Sequence record: PZ445488.1
From: a phage
Length of the DNA stretch: 64,000 nucleotides
Reading direction: 5' to 3' (one strand)
Both the position numbers and the translations under genes were made by a program. The notes under the pieces are model-generated. The model saw only the letters and a program-made list of their open reading frames with translations, was not told the origin of the DNA and made no database searches. Position 1 is the first letter of the stretch. The number at the start of each line of letters is the position of its first letter. Positions 21,333-31,391 of the stretch are shown piece by piece.

Positions 21333-23101
21333 AACCTGAAGAAATGAAATCCATGCGTAGAAATAAGGTCATTGCCGATAATAAACCACAAAAAGTAGCT
21401 GCAACAGCAGCTACCGATTCATTAGAAGCATTGAATGATATTTCATCAAAACTAGACGATGTCCAAGCCGCGTCTGAACTCACATCGCAAAGTGTAGAAG
21501 ATAAAGGCAATGGAATTATTGAATCAATTGGAGACTTAAAGAATTCGACAGATAATACTGCTGAAGGCACAGAGCTTATCGCAGAAGTTATTGAAAAACA
21601 AACTGAAGTCACTAAAAGTATAAACGAAGTTTCTAGTGCAATAAGCTCTAAGTTAGACCGATTAGCTACATTATTAGAGCAAAAATTACAAACATCTACC
21701 GCTATTCAAAATACAGGAGGCACCTCTCTTGAAGTAATTGAGAACGCGATACCTGTTAAAGTGGTTGAGAACGAAACTTCTGATGAGTTGTTTAAAGCAT
21801 TACCTACACCTGAAAAGATTGATAATAAGCCAGACGAAGATTTCTTCCCGGTCCCGGTTCAAGAAAGTGCTAATTCTACTTCCGATTCTAAAGGCGGAAT
21901 TAGCTTTAAATTGAGCGATAAAATTGCAATGCTCACCAAAACAGTTCAAACCGGGTTTAATAAATCAATATCAATTTCAGACAGAATTGCTGGAATGCTT
22001 TTCAAATACACTATAACGGCTGCTATTGAAGCAGCAAAAATGGCCGCACTTATTCTTGGTATTGTTATCGGTATTGATTTATTGATAGTCCATTTCAAAT
22101 ATTGGACAGACAAGTTCACTTCTGCCTGGGATTTATTTGATGAAAACTTTACTAAATTCTCCGACGAAGCTAAAGAGTGGGGTAAATTCTTAAGTGATAT
22201 ATTCACTTCTATTGACTCGATAAAACAATTGTGGGAAGCTGGAGACTGGGGTGGTTTAACCGTTGCTATTGTCAAAGGTGTAGGAACAGCATTAATGAAC
22301 TTAGGTGAACTAATTCAATTAGGAATGGCTAAACTCTCCGCGTCTATATTGCGTGCTATAGGTTTTGGTGATACAGCGGACGAAATAGAAGGACGTGCTT
22401 TAGAAGGATTCCAAGAAACTACTGGGAACAAATTAAAGAAAGAAGACCAAGAGAAAGTCGCTAAATATCAAATGAAGCGTGACGATGGGGAATTAGGAAC
22501 CGTTTCTAAAGGTCTTGATATGTTACAGCGCGGCAAAACATTCGTTACTAACTGGGTTCGTGGTAATGACAATAAAGAAGAGTTTAGTACAAGTGATGAG
22601 CGCGCTGCGGAATCAGCAAAATTAAAAGAGTTACCTGAAGAGGAACGTAAAGAGGCGTACATAAAAGCGAATGAAACTCGTGCTGCACTGGTTAGATTTG
22701 AGGATTATATCGATAAAATCGATATGACTAATCCGGAAAATGCTAAAAACGTCGAGAAGTCTTATGCTGATTTAAGTAAACTTATTAAAGACCCTGAACT
22801 TAATAAAACTCCTGTTGTTAAAAAGGAAATAGATGCTAGATTTGAAAAGCTAAATAATAAAATGGCTGAAGCCAAAAAGGCTCAGACAACAGTTAAGCCT
22901 GAATCTTCGACTAAATCTCCGGAAGCAAAACAAGTTCAGTCAATAGAGAAAGGACGTGCTTCTGAATCTAAACAACAGCAACCGGTAGCGGCGATTAGTA
23001 ACACAAATAATGTCGTCAAAAAGAATACCGTAGTCCAGAATATGACCCCTGTAACAAGTACAACGGCTCCTGGAATTTTCCATGCCACCGGTGTTAATTA
23101 A
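21329..23101 (+). CDS. 29: baseplate hub / tail length determinator gp29
   Basis: 590-aa ORF; T4 gp29 size (590 aa) and position. Confidence 0.9.
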   Translation: MKPEEMKSMRRNKVIADNKPQKVAATAATDSLEALNDISSKLDDVQAASELTSQSVEDKGNGIIESIGDLKNSTDNTAEGTELIAEVIEKQTEVTKSINEVSSAISSKLDRLATLLEQKLQTSTAIQNTGGTSLEVIENAIPVKVVENETSDELFKALPTPEKIDNKPDEDFFPVPVQESANSTSDSKGGISFKLSDKIAMLTKTVQTGFNKSISISDRIAGMLFKYTITAAIEAAKMAALILGIVIGIDLLIVHFKYWTDKFTSAWDLFDENFTKFSDEAKEWGKFLSDIFTSIDSIKQLWEAGDWGGLTVAIVKGVGTALMNLGELIQLGMAKLSASILRAIGFGDTADEIEGRALEGFQETTGNKLKKEDQEKVAKYQMKRDDGELGTVSKGLDMLQRGKTFVTNWVRGNDNKEEFSTSDERAAESAKLKELPEEERKEAYIKANETRAALVRFEDYIDKIDMTNPENAKNVEKSYADLSKLIKDPELNKTPVVKKEIDARFEKLNNKMAEAKKAQTTVKPESSTKSPEAKQVQSIEKGRASESKQQQPVAAISNTNNVVKKNTVVQNMTPVTSTTAPGIFHATGVN

Positions 23102-23109
23102 GGATTATT

Positions 23110-24219
23110 ATGATTAGTGTAAAAGAAATAGTAGTAGATGCAAAGGATTTAAATAAAGCAATCCCAGTCTCAGAAAGTGCTGGGCAAAGCACTAAAACCG
23201 AAACAACTACTAAAACTTATGTTGCTCAATTTCCTACAGGAAGAGCAGCCGGAAATGACTCCACAGGAGACTTCCAGGTAACAGACCTTTATAAGAACGG
23301 ATTATTATTTACCGCGTACAATATGTCTGCACGCGATTCAGGATCCCTAAGAAATTTACGTCCGGCGTATGCCAGGACTTCATCTAATGGTATCTTATCA
23401 GATTTAACTGATAACGTGAAAGATGCAGTGACTAAATTCTCAAGCGGATTGCTTCCTGCCGGAGCTAATAAATCTACTATAAATAAAACTCCTGTTGCTA
23501 ATATACTTTTGCCACGTTCCAAATCTGACGTTGATACAACTTCACATCGTTTTAATGATATCGGTGATAGCCTTATTACTAAAGGTGGAGGTACTGCTAC
23601 GGGTGTTTTAAGTAACATTGCTTCTACTGCAGTCTTTGGTGCATTAGATTCTATTACTCAAGGGCTTATGGCTGATAATAACGAACAGATTTATACGACT
23701 TCTCGTAGTATGTATGGCGGTGCTGAGAACCGTACTAAAGTCTTTACATGGGATTTAACTCCACGTTCGACTGAAGACCTTATGGCTATTATAAACATTT
23801 ACCAGTATTTTAACTATTTCTCTTATGGTGAGACCGGTAAATCACAATATGCCCAAGAGATTAAAAGTTATTTAGACGAATGGTATCGTTCAACGTTTAT
23901 TGAGCCTATGACACCAGACGATGCTGTAAAAAATAAGACATTATTTGAAAAGATTACTGCGTCATTAACAAATGTATTAGTTGTAAGCAACCCTACGATT
24001 TGGATGGTTAAAAACTTTGGACACACATCTAAATTTGACGGGTTAACTGATGTATTTGGCCCATGTCAAATTCAAAGCGTACGTTTTGATAAAACTCCAA
24101 ATGGACAATTTAATGGTCTCGCTGTTGCTCCTAACTTACCATCAACATTTACGTTAGAGATAACAATGCGAGAAATTATTACATTAAACCGTTCTTCACT
24201 TTATGCGGGGACTTTCTAA
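23110..24219 (+). CDS. 48: baseplate tail tube cap gp48
   Basis: 369-aa ORF; T4 gp48 position and size. Confidence 0.9.
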   Translation: MISVKEIVVDAKDLNKAIPVSESAGQSTKTETTTKTYVAQFPTGRAAGNDSTGDFQVTDLYKNGLLFTAYNMSARDSGSLRNLRPAYARTSSNGILSDLTDNVKDAVTKFSSGLLPAGANKSTINKTPVANILLPRSKSDVDTTSHRFNDIGDSLITKGGGTATGVLSNIASTAVFGALDSITQGLMADNNEQIYTTSRSMYGGAENRTKVFTWDLTPRSTEDLMAIINIYQYFNYFSYGETGKSQYAQEIKSYLDEWYRSTFIEPMTPDDAVKNKTLFEKITASLTNVLVVSNPTIWMVKNFGHTSKFDGLTDVFGPCQIQSVRFDKTPNGQFNGLAVAPNLPSTFTLEITMREIITLNRSSLYAGTF

Positions 24220-25181
24220 TGTACTCTTTAGAAGAATTTAATAACCAAGCTATAAATGCAGATTTCCAACGAAACAATATGTTTAGTTGTGTATTTGCTA
24301 CTACGCCATCGACCAAATCGTCTTCACTAATTTCGTCAATTGGTAGTTTTGCTTATAATAACTTAGGGTTGGATTCTGATTGGTTAGGATTAACTCGAGG
24401 TGATATCAATCAGGGCGTAACAACCCTGATTACAGCAGGAACACAGAAATTAATTCGAAAATCAGGTATAAGTAAATATCTGATTGGAGCAATGAGCCAA
24501 CGTACGGTACAAAGCTTGTTAGGTGAGTTCACGGTAGGAGCTTATCTGATAGATTTCTTCAATATGGCATATAATAATACAGGTTTAATGATTTATTCTG
24601 TAAAAATGCCTGAGAACCGATTATCGTATGAAACAGATTTCAACTATAACTCCCCGAACATCCGAATTACCGGCCGTGAAATGGACCCGTTAGTAATAAG
24701 CTTTAGAATGGATTCCGAAGCATCTAACTTTAGAGCAATGCAAGACTGGGTAAACTCAGTCCAAGACCCTGTAACAGGTCTTCGTGCTTTACCACAAGAC
24801 GTCGAAGCAGATATTCAGGTTAATTTACATGCACGAAATGGTTTACCACATACCGCCGTCATGTTCACTGGATGTATTCCTGTTAGTGTCTCTTCTCCTG
24901 AGTTAACGTATGATGGTGATAATCAGATAACAGTTTTTGACGTAACATTTGCTTATCGCGTTATGCAATCAGGTGCTGTAAATAGACAGGCTGCTTTAGA
25001 ATGGCTGGAATCAGGACTTATTAGTAGCGTTTCAGGAATGTTTGGGAATAATCAAAATGATTCTGGGCTAGGAAGTGCAGTATCAAGACTTTCTAGATTA
25101 GGTGGGACTGCTGGAGGTGTGTCTAATATAAACACCTTGACAGGTGTGGTGAATTCTGCGTCAAGAGTTTTAGGACTATAA
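24219..25181 (+). CDS. 54: baseplate tail tube initiator gp54
   Basis: 320-aa ORF; T4 gp54 (320 aa) position; ATGA-type overlap with gene 48. Confidence 0.9.
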   Translation: MYSLEEFNNQAINADFQRNNMFSCVFATTPSTKSSSLISSIGSFAYNNLGLDSDWLGLTRGDINQGVTTLITAGTQKLIRKSGISKYLIGAMSQRTVQSLLGEFTVGAYLIDFFNMAYNNTGLMIYSVKMPENRLSYETDFNYNSPNIRITGREMDPLVISFRMDSEASNFRAMQDWVNSVQDPVTGLRALPQDVEADIQVNLHARNGLPHTAVMFTGCIPVSVSSPELTYDGDNQITVFDVTFAYRVMQSGAVNRQAALEWLESGLISSVSGMFGNNQNDSGLGSAVSRLSRLGGTAGGVSNINTLTGVVNSASRVLGL

Positions 25182-25187
25182 GAAAAA

Positions 25188-25204
25188 GGGAGACGTTGTC
25201 TCCC
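25188..25204. terminator. bidirectional terminator hairpin GGGAGAC-GTTG-TCTCCC
   Basis: perfect 7-bp stem flanked by AAAAA and TTT between convergent gene 54 (+) and the alt-downstream ORF (-). Confidence 0.7.
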
Positions 25205-25213
25205 TTTAGGGGT

Positions 25214-25507
25214 TTATTTACGGAATGAAAGGAATGCTGGTGCTCGGAATGGAGTATCATCTTTAGAGTATTTAACTAATACGACCATTGGTACCTCTGT
25301 TTCTAAATGACCTGTCACTACACCGATAAAAATTTGATCAGTGTGCTCAGGGTCACGAAAGTTTTTAAGAGGTTCCATAGCAATATGGAATGCACCTGGG
25401 AATACTCGATTCAATTCGTCAATCACAGCTTCGTTAAAAACATCATCCGCTGGGATAACATCTTCAACTACTAGTTCTTGACCATTAAAGCGAAGCATAG
25501 ATTTCAT
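25214..25507 (-). CDS. hypothetical protein downstream of alt (T4 alt.-1 region)
   Basis: 97-aa product from the internal ATG preceded by SD AGGAAA; the 121-aa track ORF has a leader-like N-terminal extension; early promoter upstream. Confidence 0.5.
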   Translation of the reverse strand: MKSMLRFNGQELVVEDVIPADDVFNEAVIDELNRVFPGAFHIAMEPLKNFRDPEHTDQIFIGVVTGHLETEVPMVVLVKYSKDDTPFRAPAFLSFRK

Positions 25508-25529
25508 AACGTTTTCCTCATGTTGTTGA

Positions 25530-25560
25530 TGGGATGATAGTATCACACATCCATGTGATT
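25530..25560 (-). promoter_or_regulatory. T4 early-type promoter
   Basis: minus strand reads GTTTAC - 17 nt - TACTAT followed by the conserved 5' UTR caacaacATGAGGAAA. Confidence 0.55.
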
Positions 25561-25565
25561 GTAAA

Positions 25566-27653
25566 CTATCCTTGAACAAATTTAAACGGAATCGATTCTA
25601 AATCCATTAAAGATGCTAACAATTTCAAACCTTTAGGTGCACTAGTTTTTTCTACAAATGAAGAGAATGATACCGGCTCATCTGATTCGATTTCACCCGT
25701 CATAGCAACCACCTCGCCTGTTTCCATGAGAACATCACCATCGTAAATGACAGCTTCGTCCAACTGGTCCGAGGACATGACTTCAGCTTGAATAAATTTA
25801 AGGTTGGATTCTAAACCTGCACCAGTGTCAGATGACGCGTCTGTAATTTTATTTATCTGCAAGAGAATGCCTCTAGGCAAAATAATTTCTTGCTCATTAG
25901 GGTGATTACTCAACTGTCCTGGATAAATCACGTTAACTTTATGGGCGCCGTCAATAGCCCATCCAACGTTAACACGGATTTGTTCTGGTGCATGCATAGC
26001 TGTTCTTACTTGACTAGGAGAAATAGTAACACCTTCGTCATTATTGTCAATGTTAAGCTCTTTGCGAACTTCTTCAGGAGCAAGTCCAAGGGCAACGTTC
26101 TCTTTAAACCCGCCGAAAATAATAGGAGCTAGTGAAGTAGAAACATAGTTTCTGAAGTAGAATACCTTATTTTTAACCATTGCTTCGTAAATAGGCATTC
26201 TGATAGACTGAGCTCTATACAACGTTAATCCTTCAGGTAAACGGTCTCCATTTAAAAACGCCGAATCAAGACCATCAATAGCGCGTTTAACTTCATCTTC
26301 ATCTGCAACATCATAAAAATCCGGTTTATAACGTCCTAACAACATATTATTGATATCAGTATATGCAGAAGAGGCATATTCACGAATAGCTCGTTTTTCA
26401 GCAACAGAGTATTGTTTAGGGTCCCGATTCATTGTTATATTAAAGGTGCCTCTAGCCGATTCTCGTGCATAAGTATACATCACATTAGACAAGAACGCTG
26501 ATTTACGTTGTTTCCAAGTTTTTTCAGATACTTCAGCTAAAACGTCGTCAGCCAGTTGGAAATTATCTCGTCTAAAATCTTCAAACCATTCGTCTCTAAT
26601 AGAGTCTGCAATTTCGTTTGCAGCTTCAACAAAAGCAGCTAATGCTTTAACAGATGTTGTTTTTTCAGTTTTAATTTTCTTAGCAAACTTTTCTAAAGTC
26701 GGCTTAATAACACTACCATAAGAAACTTCATCAGCAAATCTAAAGGATTCATCAATACGATTATAAATCTTATTTTCGATATCAGCAACTAAAGTGCCTT
26801 TTGCTGTAGACGATGCTTGGGCTAGTACGATTTCATATGCTTCAGGAAGTAATTCAGCTGTAGCTGGGCCACTAACTTCTTTAGCAGAATTTTCGTATTT
26901 CTGGAATAACTCGCCTTCTTGGCGGTCAGCTTCTAAAGATTGACTTGCTGCAATAGCGCGACGAGAAATTTTAGTACGAGCAATAACAGGCTTATCTTTA
27001 CGTTTTTCTTCTACAGCAGCAATAGAACCGGCTATAGCTGTTTCTTTGGTGACTTTTTCGCCAGTCTTTTTACTCACATAAACTTCACCAACATCAGAAT
27101 CTACTTTCGTGTACAACTCTGTGTTAATGTTAGGGATGCCTTTAATATCTTCAATGTTGGCATTTTTACGAACCATCATCACATATGTGTGTTTACCTGT
27201 GAATTGATACATTGCAGACAATACTTTAAAACGACCACCAGTTTTAGTAGAAACTAAACGAGCAAGAAGAGTTTGAAGTTGTTGTCCACGTCCTTTCAAT
27301 TTCTTGGTAGGGAATCGGAACAAAACTGCATCCATACGAAGAGCTTTAACCTGTTCATACACTGTATTGAAAATGGTGTTGATTGCATCAATAGGAGCAG
27401 GACCAAGACCATTTTTCAATTCAGCGAGATTACCCTTTTCAGATAGACTCATAATAACAACATGAGCGTATTTGTCGCCAAGTTTAACTTGTTTTACAGC
27501 ATCACCTTCGGAAAGGTAAGAGAATAAGCGAACTACGATGTTTGTATCGATATCACCAATTTTCCAGACTTGTGGAACTTTAGCTTTAGGGTTCAAATTG
27601 ACGACAGGAAGACTGCCTTCAGATTCAAACACTTCATTTAATTGTTCAGACAT
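25566..27653 (-). CDS. alt: Alt-like ADP-ribosyltransferase
   Basis: 695-aa ORF at the T4 alt position between gene 54 and gene 30; carries an R-S-E-class ART signature (STS triad in NYVSTSL, EQE near the C-terminus). Confidence 0.85.
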   Translation of the reverse strand: MSEQLNEVFESEGSLPVVNLNPKAKVPQVWKIGDIDTNIVVRLFSYLSEGDAVKQVKLGDKYAHVVIMSLSEKGNLAELKNGLGPAPIDAINTIFNTVYEQVKALRMDAVLFRFPTKKLKGRGQQLQTLLARLVSTKTGGRFKVLSAMYQFTGKHTYVMMVRKNANIEDIKGIPNINTELYTKVDSDVGEVYVSKKTGEKVTKETAIAGSIAAVEEKRKDKPVIARTKISRRAIAASQSLEADRQEGELFQKYENSAKEVSGPATAELLPEAYEIVLAQASSTAKGTLVADIENKIYNRIDESFRFADEVSYGSVIKPTLEKFAKKIKTEKTTSVKALAAFVEAANEIADSIRDEWFEDFRRDNFQLADDVLAEVSEKTWKQRKSAFLSNVMYTYARESARGTFNITMNRDPKQYSVAEKRAIREYASSAYTDINNMLLGRYKPDFYDVADEDEVKRAIDGLDSAFLNGDRLPEGLTLYRAQSIRMPIYEAMVKNKVFYFRNYVSTSLAPIIFGGFKENVALGLAPEEVRKELNIDNNDEGVTISPSQVRTAMHAPEQIRVNVGWAIDGAHKVNVIYPGQLSNHPNEQEIILPRGILLQINKITDASSDTGAGLESNLKFIQAEVMSSDQLDEAVIYDGDVLMETGEVVAMTGEIESDEPVSFSSFVEKTSAPKGLKLLASLMDLESIPFKFVQG

Positions 27654-27708
27654 AGTGTTTTCCTTTTAGTAATAATTTATATTTATGCCAAAAAGAGCCC
27701 GAAGGCTC

Positions 27709-27897
27709 TTAATCCACAATCAGGAGCAAAGTACGATAAACTTCAAAATTAGGGCCTTTTTCGTACTTATCAAAATTGTCCATAAAAATATTATAGGAAT
27801 CGTTATTAGGAAAATCTAATACAATTTGGGAACAAGAGGTGGAAACATCACCACCATCTTTATTAGCGACAACTACTGTTTCTAAATAAGCTTTCAT
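27709..27897 (-). CDS. hypothetical protein, translationally coupled to DNA ligase
   Basis: 62-aa ORF whose ATG overlaps the ligase stop (TAATG); hairpin AGAGCC-CGAA-GGCTCT lies just downstream. Confidence 0.4.
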   Translation of the reverse strand: MKAYLETVVVANKDGGDVSTSCSQIVLDFPNNDSYNIFMDNFDKYEKGPNFEVYRTLLLIVD

Positions 27898-29390
27898 TAT
27901 AAACCTGTCTGGGACCACGGTCCAAATACGTCTTCAAATGAATCCGCTTCTGTTTTATCAAAACGGAACCCTTTAATAATTGGAAGGAAAATACCTACAG
28001 TACCTTCACGGCCTTTAGAATGAACCCAACCATTACATTCGCAATCAGCAATACGTCCAATCAATTTACCTTCACGAGCTTCAGCCATTAATCGTTCACG
28101 GTCTAAATCATGACGCTCATCTAAAGGAATAAGAACCTTTATACCATCAACTGTTTTATGAGTTGTATCTTTAAACCCTGAACCACAATCGGTTGTAATA
28201 CGACGACAACGTGATACAAGTTCGACACCACCTAATTTGTTAGGGTCTTTAGAGTGTTCATAGTATCCTACAACTTCTAAAGCGATATCAATAACTTCTT
28301 TAAATTTAATTAGGTTCTTAGAGCGTTTGTTTTCCCAATATGAATCACGGTTTTTAAGGATAATACCTTCAAGACCTTGGTCAACATATTTTTTATAAAC
28401 CACTTTAGCTTCGTCAAGATTACGAACTAACTGATTTTCAATTGGCTCAATTCGATTAAAGCCTTCAGCCATATTTTCAAGAGCAGCAAAACGAACATCG
28501 TATTTCTGACCTTTAATTTTGCCATCAGAATAGACTTCATCTAAAGGAACATAGTCCCAGGCTTGAAGAACCATACCTTCCGCTTCTTTAGGAGAAATAG
28601 TCCCTTGAAGAGATTTATTTGCTAAACCGTTTGAAGTGCTACGGTCTGCAACTTGTACTTCTTCGGATTCTTCATTATCGCCAAATAAGAACGACAGGTC
28701 ATTTCCTGAGCTCACAGCCTTTTTAATATCAAATGAATGATAAACTAATTCACCGTCGATTAAAACCCCATTAGGGTGTCTTTCACGGGCTTCTTTAGTC
28801 ATTTCCATTAGTTCATTTGCTAATAGGGTAAGACCATGGTATTCATTACCAGCACGAGAAAAGAATTGAACACCGTCATCACGAACTTCAGCGAAACAAC
28901 GAGCACCATCTGCTTTTAATTGAGCAAATGCAGGCCATTTAATATTTTTAGTAATCAATTTCTCGTCATATGCAGATGCTAACATCTGCGGTTGCAATTG
29001 AATAAGTCCAGGCCATACCTTATTCGCGATAGACACTGAAGCACCTACTTCAAGGTCTCGCATCATTACACGACGTAGTACTTCTACATCATCAGGTTTA
29101 CCGTCAGCGATATAACCCATGAGCTCTTTAATTGCTGCATTACCAGTGAGTTTACGAGTGGCCAATGTGAACTCAATAAAATCCAACATGTCATCTAATT
29201 CAAGAAGGCCGTACGCTTGAGACCTTTCACCTGGTCCCGGCCATTTCTTAATATAATACTGAATGCCACGTGCATACGTTAAACGATATACACGTTCAAG
29301 TAATTTGTTGTCCTTATTTTTCTTAAGGATTTCCTGTTTTGTTTTAGTAGAACCGATCGCAGCTATTTGGTTTAAAATATCTAAAATCAT
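27897..29390 (-). CDS. 30: ATP-dependent DNA ligase (gp30)
   Basis: 497-aa ORF; matches T4 DNA ligase as recalled; adenylation motif KADGARC present. Confidence 0.95.
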   Translation of the reverse strand: MILDILNQIAAIGSTKTKQEILKKNKDNKLLERVYRLTYARGIQYYIKKWPGPGERSQAYGLLELDDMLDFIEFTLATRKLTGNAAIKELMGYIADGKPDDVEVLRRVMMRDLEVGASVSIANKVWPGLIQLQPQMLASAYDEKLITKNIKWPAFAQLKADGARCFAEVRDDGVQFFSRAGNEYHGLTLLANELMEMTKEARERHPNGVLIDGELVYHSFDIKKAVSSGNDLSFLFGDNEESEEVQVADRSTSNGLANKSLQGTISPKEAEGMVLQAWDYVPLDEVYSDGKIKGQKYDVRFAALENMAEGFNRIEPIENQLVRNLDEAKVVYKKYVDQGLEGIILKNRDSYWENKRSKNLIKFKEVIDIALEVVGYYEHSKDPNKLGGVELVSRCRRITTDCGSGFKDTTHKTVDGIKVLIPLDERHDLDRERLMAEAREGKLIGRIADCECNGWVHSKGREGTVGIFLPIIKGFRFDKTEADSFEDVFGPWSQTGL

Positions 29391-29656
29391 TTGATATCCT
29401 CGATTTTGGTTACGGTTCTATTATAAGCCACTTCATCTAGAAGCGATTTCAGCGTTTTCTGATAAGTGGTAATCCATTTACCGAGTCCTTCAACGTAATA
29501 TTCTGAAATGTAGATGAACCCTTGTTCAACACACTCTTTAAATATTTCTGCGTCTTTTACTGAACGAAACACTGGCCAGTCTCGAAAGAACATGTTAACG
29601 TGACCGTAGTCACGCGTTGTGTTTTTGCCATCTGTAATATCATGAACTACAAACAT
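29387..29656 (-). CDS. hypothetical protein (T4 30.1 position)
   Basis: 89-aa ORF immediately upstream of the ligase gene with ATGA overlap. Confidence 0.5.
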   Translation of the reverse strand: MFVVHDITDGKNTTRDYGHVNMFFRDWPVFRSVKDAEIFKECVEQGFIYISEYYVEGLGKWITTYQKTLKSLLDEVAYNRTVTKIEDIK

Positions 29657-29665
29657 AATTAACCC

Positions 29666-30490
29666 TTAACAATTTATAGACCAAGTCCATTTAGACGAAT
29701 CTAAAGGAAAGTTTTGAATCGTCCACCATGGCTGCATATCAGTTGGTCCTGGAGTTCGCCAGGTATATGGAGTACGTGTTGTCGAGGGGCTGCCAATTTG
29801 ATTAGGCCATGCACCTGGGCTTGTTGCACCGGATTCTTTAAGCAAATCCGCCAATCGTTTTAAAAGGTCTTCACGATCTGAATCTGAATTATGCTCTGGC
29901 GGAACCAATCGAGATTCAATATCATCCCACGTGTGTACACGTTGTGCAGTGCGAGGAATATCATCACGTTCACCACGAGCCAACCAATAAATTGGTACAT
30001 TAAGAATTTCTGCCGCATGGTCGCAGTGATGAGCTAAATCGTCAACATAACAAATCACGTTATATTTTGTTTTAGCTAGTTCGAATAATTGTTCTTTTGA
30101 AGAATCATGACCACACATCATTACTTCAGAGAAAGCGCCTGGGAACAAAGCGTTCAAATTAAATTGTCTATTCAATCGAGCATCAATTGAATCACCTAGC
30201 GCCGTCACGGCTACAAAATTATAGTCTTCTTTTAGTTTATTGATAACTCGAAGAGCATCTGAATAAGGCGCTAAGTAACGAATAAAATCAGAGCTATTAT
30301 ATTTTTCTATTAATTGTTTACCAAGGTTATCGTCGGTATTGAACAGTTTACCAGGAGAAATAAATTTTTCGTCCTGAATCATTTTTAAAATATGTTCTAA
30401 TGGAAGATTATATTTTTGGGCAAAATAAGGAAGTCCAGATTGCCAACTTAAACATACACCATCAATATCAGTCAAAATAGTAGGCTTCAT
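29666..30490 (-). CDS. HAD-superfamily hydrolase-like protein (T4 30.2 position)
   Basis: 274-aa ORF; N-terminus ILTDIDGVCLSW carries the HAD motif I (DxDGV) typical of 5'(3')-nucleotidase-like phosphatases; C-terminal about 70 aa are W/P-rich low complexity. Confidence 0.6.
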   Translation of the reverse strand: MKPTILTDIDGVCLSWQSGLPYFAQKYNLPLEHILKMIQDEKFISPGKLFNTDDNLGKQLIEKYNSSDFIRYLAPYSDALRVINKLKEDYNFVAVTALGDSIDARLNRQFNLNALFPGAFSEVMMCGHDSSKEQLFELAKTKYNVICYVDDLAHHCDHAAEILNVPIYWLARGERDDIPRTAQRVHTWDDIESRLVPPEHNSDSDREDLLKRLADLLKESGATSPGAWPNQIGSPSTTRTPYTWRTPGPTDMQPWWTIQNFPLDSSKWTWSINC

Positions 30491-30954
30491 AAAGAGTCTC
30501 TTAATAGGTTTAACACATCAATAAATTCAGCTTCAGTTAGTATTGTATCATCTTTTGTTAGGTGGCTAGCCATGCTGTGCTTCAAAATTTTTCCTTTAGA
30601 GGCTTGTAAGGCATCACGAAACCCCTTATTTTGGATCGCGGCTTCAAAATATGCATTTGTGTATAATTCTTTCCACGCTTCAGAGTATCTTGAAAATGGA
30701 ACTCCTAACCAGAAGAGAGTCCCACGGTCCTGAGCTCTTGCATAAGACCTTCCAGCTTGCTGTGCAGCCAATCCAGACAACCCAAATATACGTCTTTGCT
30801 GTTCAACATTTTTCACCTTACATCCTTGGAGAAATCCTTCAAGACCTCCGAATTGAATACCATCCATAACAAAAGGCCATTGAGCAAAGTTACTTAATGC
30901 ACATGACGGCCACTTGAAATTACTTCTAATCTCTAACTCAGGCATCTTTAACAC
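30487..30954 (-). CDS. YbiA/NADAR (DUF1768)-like protein (T4 30.3 position)
   Basis: 155-aa ORF; the segment SNFAQWPFVMDGIQFGGLEGFLQGCKV matches the YbiA-family core (SNFA-WP...DG...E-Y-Q--K) as recalled. Confidence 0.6.
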   Translation of the reverse strand: MLKMPELEIRSNFKWPSCALSNFAQWPFVMDGIQFGGLEGFLQGCKVKNVEQQRRIFGLSGLAAQQAGRSYARAQDRGTLFWLGVPFSRYSEAWKELYTNAYFEAAIQNKGFRDALQASKGKILKHSMASHLTKDDTILTEAEFIDVLNLLRDSL

Positions 30955-31150
30955 TTATAATTTCAACATCAGCCCAATGACCGTAACTAGGCAGACGGTC
31001 TTCAATAGATAAACCACCGTCATTTTTAAGCATTTTAATTGTCTTGATAAACGGTTCATCCTGTGGATGAATAGGCGAGCAGTCAGTCACACGATAAGTA
31101 ACTTCGACCATTTCTGTACCAAACAATTTCTGGATTAGTTTATTCAACAT
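30938..31150 (-). CDS. hypothetical protein
   Basis: 70-aa ORF in the tightly packed minus-strand early unit, overlapping neighbours by a few nt. Confidence 0.4.
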   Translation of the reverse strand: MLNKLIQKLFGTEMVEVTYRVTDCSPIHPQDEPFIKTIKMLKNDGGLSIEDRLPSYGHWADVEIISVKDA

Positions 31151-31364
31151 GTTTCAACCCTTTAATAGGAGATAACTCTTTACCCATACGTATGTCAGAA
31201 GTCCCATCAACCCATTGAACAGCATACGCTTCATTGATAATTACGGCGGCGGTTTTAAATTCATGGAGAACTTTAAAAATCATCCCAGGGATTCCAACAC
31301 CTTTTAATTGGACTGTTTGTGCTATTAAAAATTTCATATTTTTCCACTTATCAAAAAAAAACAT
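31140..31364 (-). CDS. hypothetical protein
   Basis: 74-aa ORF, same operon-like packing. Confidence 0.4.
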   Translation of the reverse strand: MFFFDKWKNMKFLIAQTVQLKGVGIPGMIFKVLHEFKTAAVIINEAYAVQWVDGTSDIRMGKELSPIKGLKHVE

Positions 31365-31391
31365 TATACTCTATCCGTCCTTGGATATAAA

